The notes under the pieces were generated by a model. It worked only from the letters and a program-made list of their open reading frames with translations, searched no databases and was not told the DNA's origin. DNA of 64,000 nucleotides, from NCBI GenBank assembly GCA_002633005.1, contig NMRA01000078.1:634336-698335 (forward strand). The letters run 5' to 3'. Positions 60,321 to 64,000 of the stretch are shown here, in pieces. The translations under genes were made by a program, and so were the position numbers. Each line of letters starts with the position of its first letter. The first letter of the stretch is position 1. Origin of the DNA: Phoronis australis (taxonomy: Eukaryota > Animalia > Phoronida).

Positions 60321-61504
60321 GAGGGGAGCCGGGTACTTGCGAGGGTTTGGGATTCACCGTCGAGGTTGGCAGCGGTCCACTAAAAAAATATAGCGAAACG
60401 AGGAGAAGAAAGAAAATTCAAGAGAACACTTTTTGTCAACTACCCGGCAGCGCTTGTCATAGGTGTACCGATTTTTTGCAGTATGCTGAGATCGTCTTGA
60501 TCATAACTCTATTTGCCGGTGGAAAGTAAAGCATATCTTTGCGGAATATAATTATTCACTGGATTTTTAAACTCAAAAAGACGATTATACTCAGTGGAAT
60601 TCAAAACTAGGCCTATATGTGGCAGGAACACCTTCTTTCTGGTGAAAATTGAGAACCTGACAGACAGCAATCAATTGCTACTCATCCTGTTTTTGAAAGT
60701 ATAATTCCTTTTATTTTTATGCAGGGCCTAGCCCCTGAAGTGGGCTCATTGATGGCAATCGAACTAGTGTGTTTTATTGGTATCATTTAGGGCAGCTCAC
60801 GGGATAATAATGGAAACGATTGCCTGAATTGCCCCTTTGCCCTCTATCAATGCGACAAAAACTGCTCACGAGAGAAGAAGATGAGATTCCAAATTCATCT
60901 AAAAACAAGGACTACAAAAATTCGTGCAAAGCAGAAGAGCACAAAGGCATTTGGTCAAAATGGATCTATTGAAAAATAAAACAGGATTTCATAACACCAT
61001 AAAATGTCGAACATCGTACGGTTACTATGAGTTGTTAGTAAGAAACTCGCGAGTATGTCGAACATATTATCGGTGGTACGATTTTTGTGATGATCGTGTA
61101 CAGCATGCATGTACAGAATACGTGTACATATACACAAAGATTTCAGTTATTTCTGGAGTTCAAAATAGTTCAGCCGTAAACGTAAAAGTCACATTCGGAA
61201 CGAGTCAATAAACACGTTAACGTGAATAAGTTTGGAAGTCGGTCTTCAAAAATTTTCTCAAACACACAAGTACTAGTTTAAATTAAAAAACCAGAGGTCA
61301 AAAAGGAATAACGCATTTAAATCAAATTCAACGCGTTGTTCATTAATTTGGGAAAAATTAATGTCGTTGCATATTCTTGGATTTTTTTAGTTTCTAGTAG
61401 CGTTGCGTAAAAACGTTTTCGATATCCCGGCAAAAGAGAATCGTTTGTTTGCCATTCCCGTGCATACAGAGCACGTGACGGCTCGCGAATCAATTTTCAA
61501 TTCA

Positions 61505-62550
61505 ACTTATTACAGGGAGACATATCGATGAGAATAAGAGAAACATTAACAGTGTATGACTTGATGCAGTACACAGAGGAAATTAATATTCCAGATTTTC
61601 TTTTACTAGTCGACTTTGAGAAGCCATTTGTCTCCATTTCGTAGAGTTTCTGATACAAAACACATATCTTAACTGTAGTGAAAATGTTGTTGACTCGGTT
61701 CGTCTTTTAAACAGAGGTTCTCGCCTCTCTGTTATTCAACACAATTTCACTTCAGACTATTTTGAAATTGGTCGTGGGTTCTGACAGGGTGACCCGATCT
61801 CGCCTATCTCTTTATTTTATGTGCAGAGATTATGACAATGATGGTGATAGGGAAATCATTGGTATTGGGAATAGATCCCATAAAATTATGCAATATGAAG
61901 CTGACCCGGGCTTAGCTGTTGATGGTTGCAATAATTCTTCGACAGAATCCTTTAGTCTGGCTTAGAAACACAACATATCAACGGAGTGTATTCGGACTGG
62001 GGCCATATTAAACTATGCCTGTAAGAAATCGGATTGGAGACAAAATTACTGCACTAGGTATTAAATTACTACTAAGCTGCCTGAAATGATCACCATAACT
62101 TTTGAAGACAACATCAAATACATTCAAGACAGTCTCAGTTCATGGTCCAAAAGGGTTTTAACTCCACAATGATTACATCATTTTGTTCTCTTTAAATTTG
62201 TTCACCTGTTTATTGCGTTACCGTCCCCACGACACGCTTAAAAGGTTTGAAAAAAAACTGCTTTATAATTTTGTTTAGAATGGGAAAATTGATAAATCGG
62301 TCAAAACACTTTTGTTCAATATTTTAGTTTTGAAGGTTGCAAGGTGATGCATACTCATTCACTATAACTTTGTTGGTTTGGAAAGATGATCATAACTTGC
62401 GATGACTTTTCGTGGTTGAATATCTTGTCTCAAAACGCCTATTCCACAGTCCATCGTAATTATTTTAAATTAACAATGTCTTTTATGAGATTTGGTCTAA
62501 GAAATGGCTTATCTTGTTTTGGAAAGAAATAATTTGTAATCTTTGTTGAT
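61505..62550 (+). mobile_element. Highly degenerate L1/Tx1-clade LINE reverse transcriptase fragment
   Basis: Frameshifted motifs ITGRHIDEN, VYDLMQYTEEINIP.FLLLVDFEKPF.SIS, FEIGRGF*QGDPISP.LFILCAE, WSKRVLTP and KFVHLFIALPSP. QGDP.SP.LF is characteristic of L1/Tx1. Confidence 0.8.
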
Positions 62551-62880
62551 GAGGTGAACACGCTTTTTTCGAACATGATCAGCCACGCGGAAAGTTGTTG
62601 ATTTAAAAGTGAGACGGGACTATTTTTTGAGAAATAACCAGTTTTGATAAGTTTGGTAAAACAGCAAATAAATAATTTTGTAGAATAAAACAGGGTTGAA
62701 CTTGCACAATGAGATTGATTGTTATTATTATTATTTTACAGGATTGAATTGATTAAATAGCATTGAATTTACAAAATGGAGTTTTTATTTTAATTGTTTG
62801 CACATTCGATGTGTCATGCTTACCACCGTACAACAAATCTCAACTGAACTGTTCCAAATTATTGCATGTTTGAAACAGAA

Positions 62881-63568
62881 CAGCCGATTTCATAAAGGTG
62901 TTTAAAGTTAAACCTGGTTAAACTGGACTTAGACCAGGGCCCGATCTCCAATCTCTTTACTCGAAATGGAACTCGAAATTAGGTTTGGCATTTTCTACTC
63001 TACTTTTGTGCGAACTCAAGATAAGTGTCTATTATTCTATGCTCGAGTACACAATAACTTACGTGAATAATTTATTGCCCTTAGTTCACAGTTTGTAAAC
63101 CCAATATTAAAGCAATAAGTTCGAGTTTGAACTCGAAATTTCGAGTTTTTACTCGAGTTTGTAGCACGAATATAAGGGTCTTCAAGGGCAAACTTGAACA
63201 AGAAACTCCTATGCATAAACTATAATGTATTCGAGCACAATCTGATAACCAATTATCTTAAGTTTGCACAAAAGGAGCAGAGAAATTGCCAAAAATAGTT
63301 TCGAGTTCGTTTCGAGTACAAAGATTAGGGACCGGGCCCTGGTTTAAAGATAGTCTGCATTTCATAAAGGTGGCTTAACTTTTAGACCAGTGGTCTAGTA
63401 AAACCTGGTTTAACTCCAGTTTAGACCTGGTCTAAGTCAGTTTTCGTTTCACCAACGAGGTCTATATTTCTTAGACCTGTATTAAAACCTTAAACCAGGT
63501 TTAACTTGAGACTTGGTCAGACCCAGGTTTAATACTGTAAACTATAACAGACTTTCACGATATGGGTG
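62881..63568. mobile_element. MITE rich in AAACC(A/T)GGTTTAA palindromes, host of a nested insertion
   Basis: Repeated AAACCTGGTT / AGACCAGG / AAACCAGGTTTAA motifs on both sides of the nested element. Imperfect terminal inverted repeat CAGCCGATTTCATAAAG / CTTTCACGATATGGGTG. Confidence 0.55.
62938..63338. mobile_element. Nested PIF/Harbinger-like MITE with ~45-bp imperfect TIRs
   Basis: GGCCCGATCTCCAATCTCTTTACTCGAAATGGAACTCGAAA ... TTTCGAGTTCGTTTCGAGTACAAAGATTAGGGACCGGGCC, flanked by CAG/CTG (CWG-type target). Confidence 0.7.
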
Positions 63569-63675
63569 CAACTGAATGATGCCACAGTGTGCAATAACGA
63601 CGTAGCGTTAGAGCGAGAACGAATTATTTCCAATGTTCAATGAGTTTTACAATGACATAAGATCACGTACAGTAA

Positions 63676-63829
63676 CAGGGGCGGATCCGGGATTTTTAAA
63701 GGAGGGGGGTCAGATCAAGGATTTTTAAAGGGGGGTCCAAGTCAAAAATTTGAAAGTATAGATTTGATATCATAGGAATCAAGGGGAAAAGGAGGATTCG
63801 GACCCCTTAACAGCCTGGATCCGTCTATG
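63676..63829. mobile_element. Short non-autonomous DNA element with CAGGGGCGGATCC-type termini
   Basis: CAGGGGCGGATCCGGG ... CCTGGATCCGTCTATG imperfect TIR with internal G-runs and AA on both flanks (possible 2-bp TSD). Confidence 0.6.
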
Positions 63830-64000
63830 AATAGACCAGTACGTGTTGCAGGGTGTCCTTCGCTTATTTCCTCAGCCTACGACTGGACGAGCAGGGCGTC
63901 ATCGTCGTACTAGCGCAAAGGGTTTGACTGAAGACGGCACCTTCTGATTCTTCTGAGTTCCACCTCCATTGGTCCCAAATTGAGGTCCTGCCCCCCCCCC

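Overview
This window is eukaryotic, intron-containing, AT-rich genomic DNA, most consistent with an invertebrate animal. It has two single-N scaffold joins (5122, 8490) and one N gap (48075-48235). Most ORFs in the supplied track are spurious; the real coding content appears only after splicing. (1) Two paralogous multi-exon genes lie in tandem on the + strand: gene A (~1713-10958, 5' end unresolved) and gene B (25917-49074+). They have matching exon phases and encode a signal peptide (seen in B), a small 4-Cys N-terminal module (CHPx[FY]C...GDI...C...C), a Thr-rich mucin stalk, a SEA-like domain with a GS(L/V)EI motif, a TM helix (seen only in A) and an acidic cytoplasmic tail. The stalk is about 33 aa in A and about 650 aa in B, from exon duplication plus 153-nt repeats. 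B has no visible TM exon. A's terminal ...DYTRL* tail sits behind an in-frame TGA. (2) A TRIM gene with an intron-free CDS (RING, two B-boxes, coiled coil, NHL propeller) lies on the - strand at 54240-56195. (3) There are many transposon relics: CR1/L2-type and L1/Tx1-type LINE fragments, TTAA-flanked THAP-bearing Kolobok-like elements, an Academ-like element with a 3-bp TSD, several MITEs/foldbacks, and mini/microsatellites. No rRNA, tRNA or CRISPR array was recognised.
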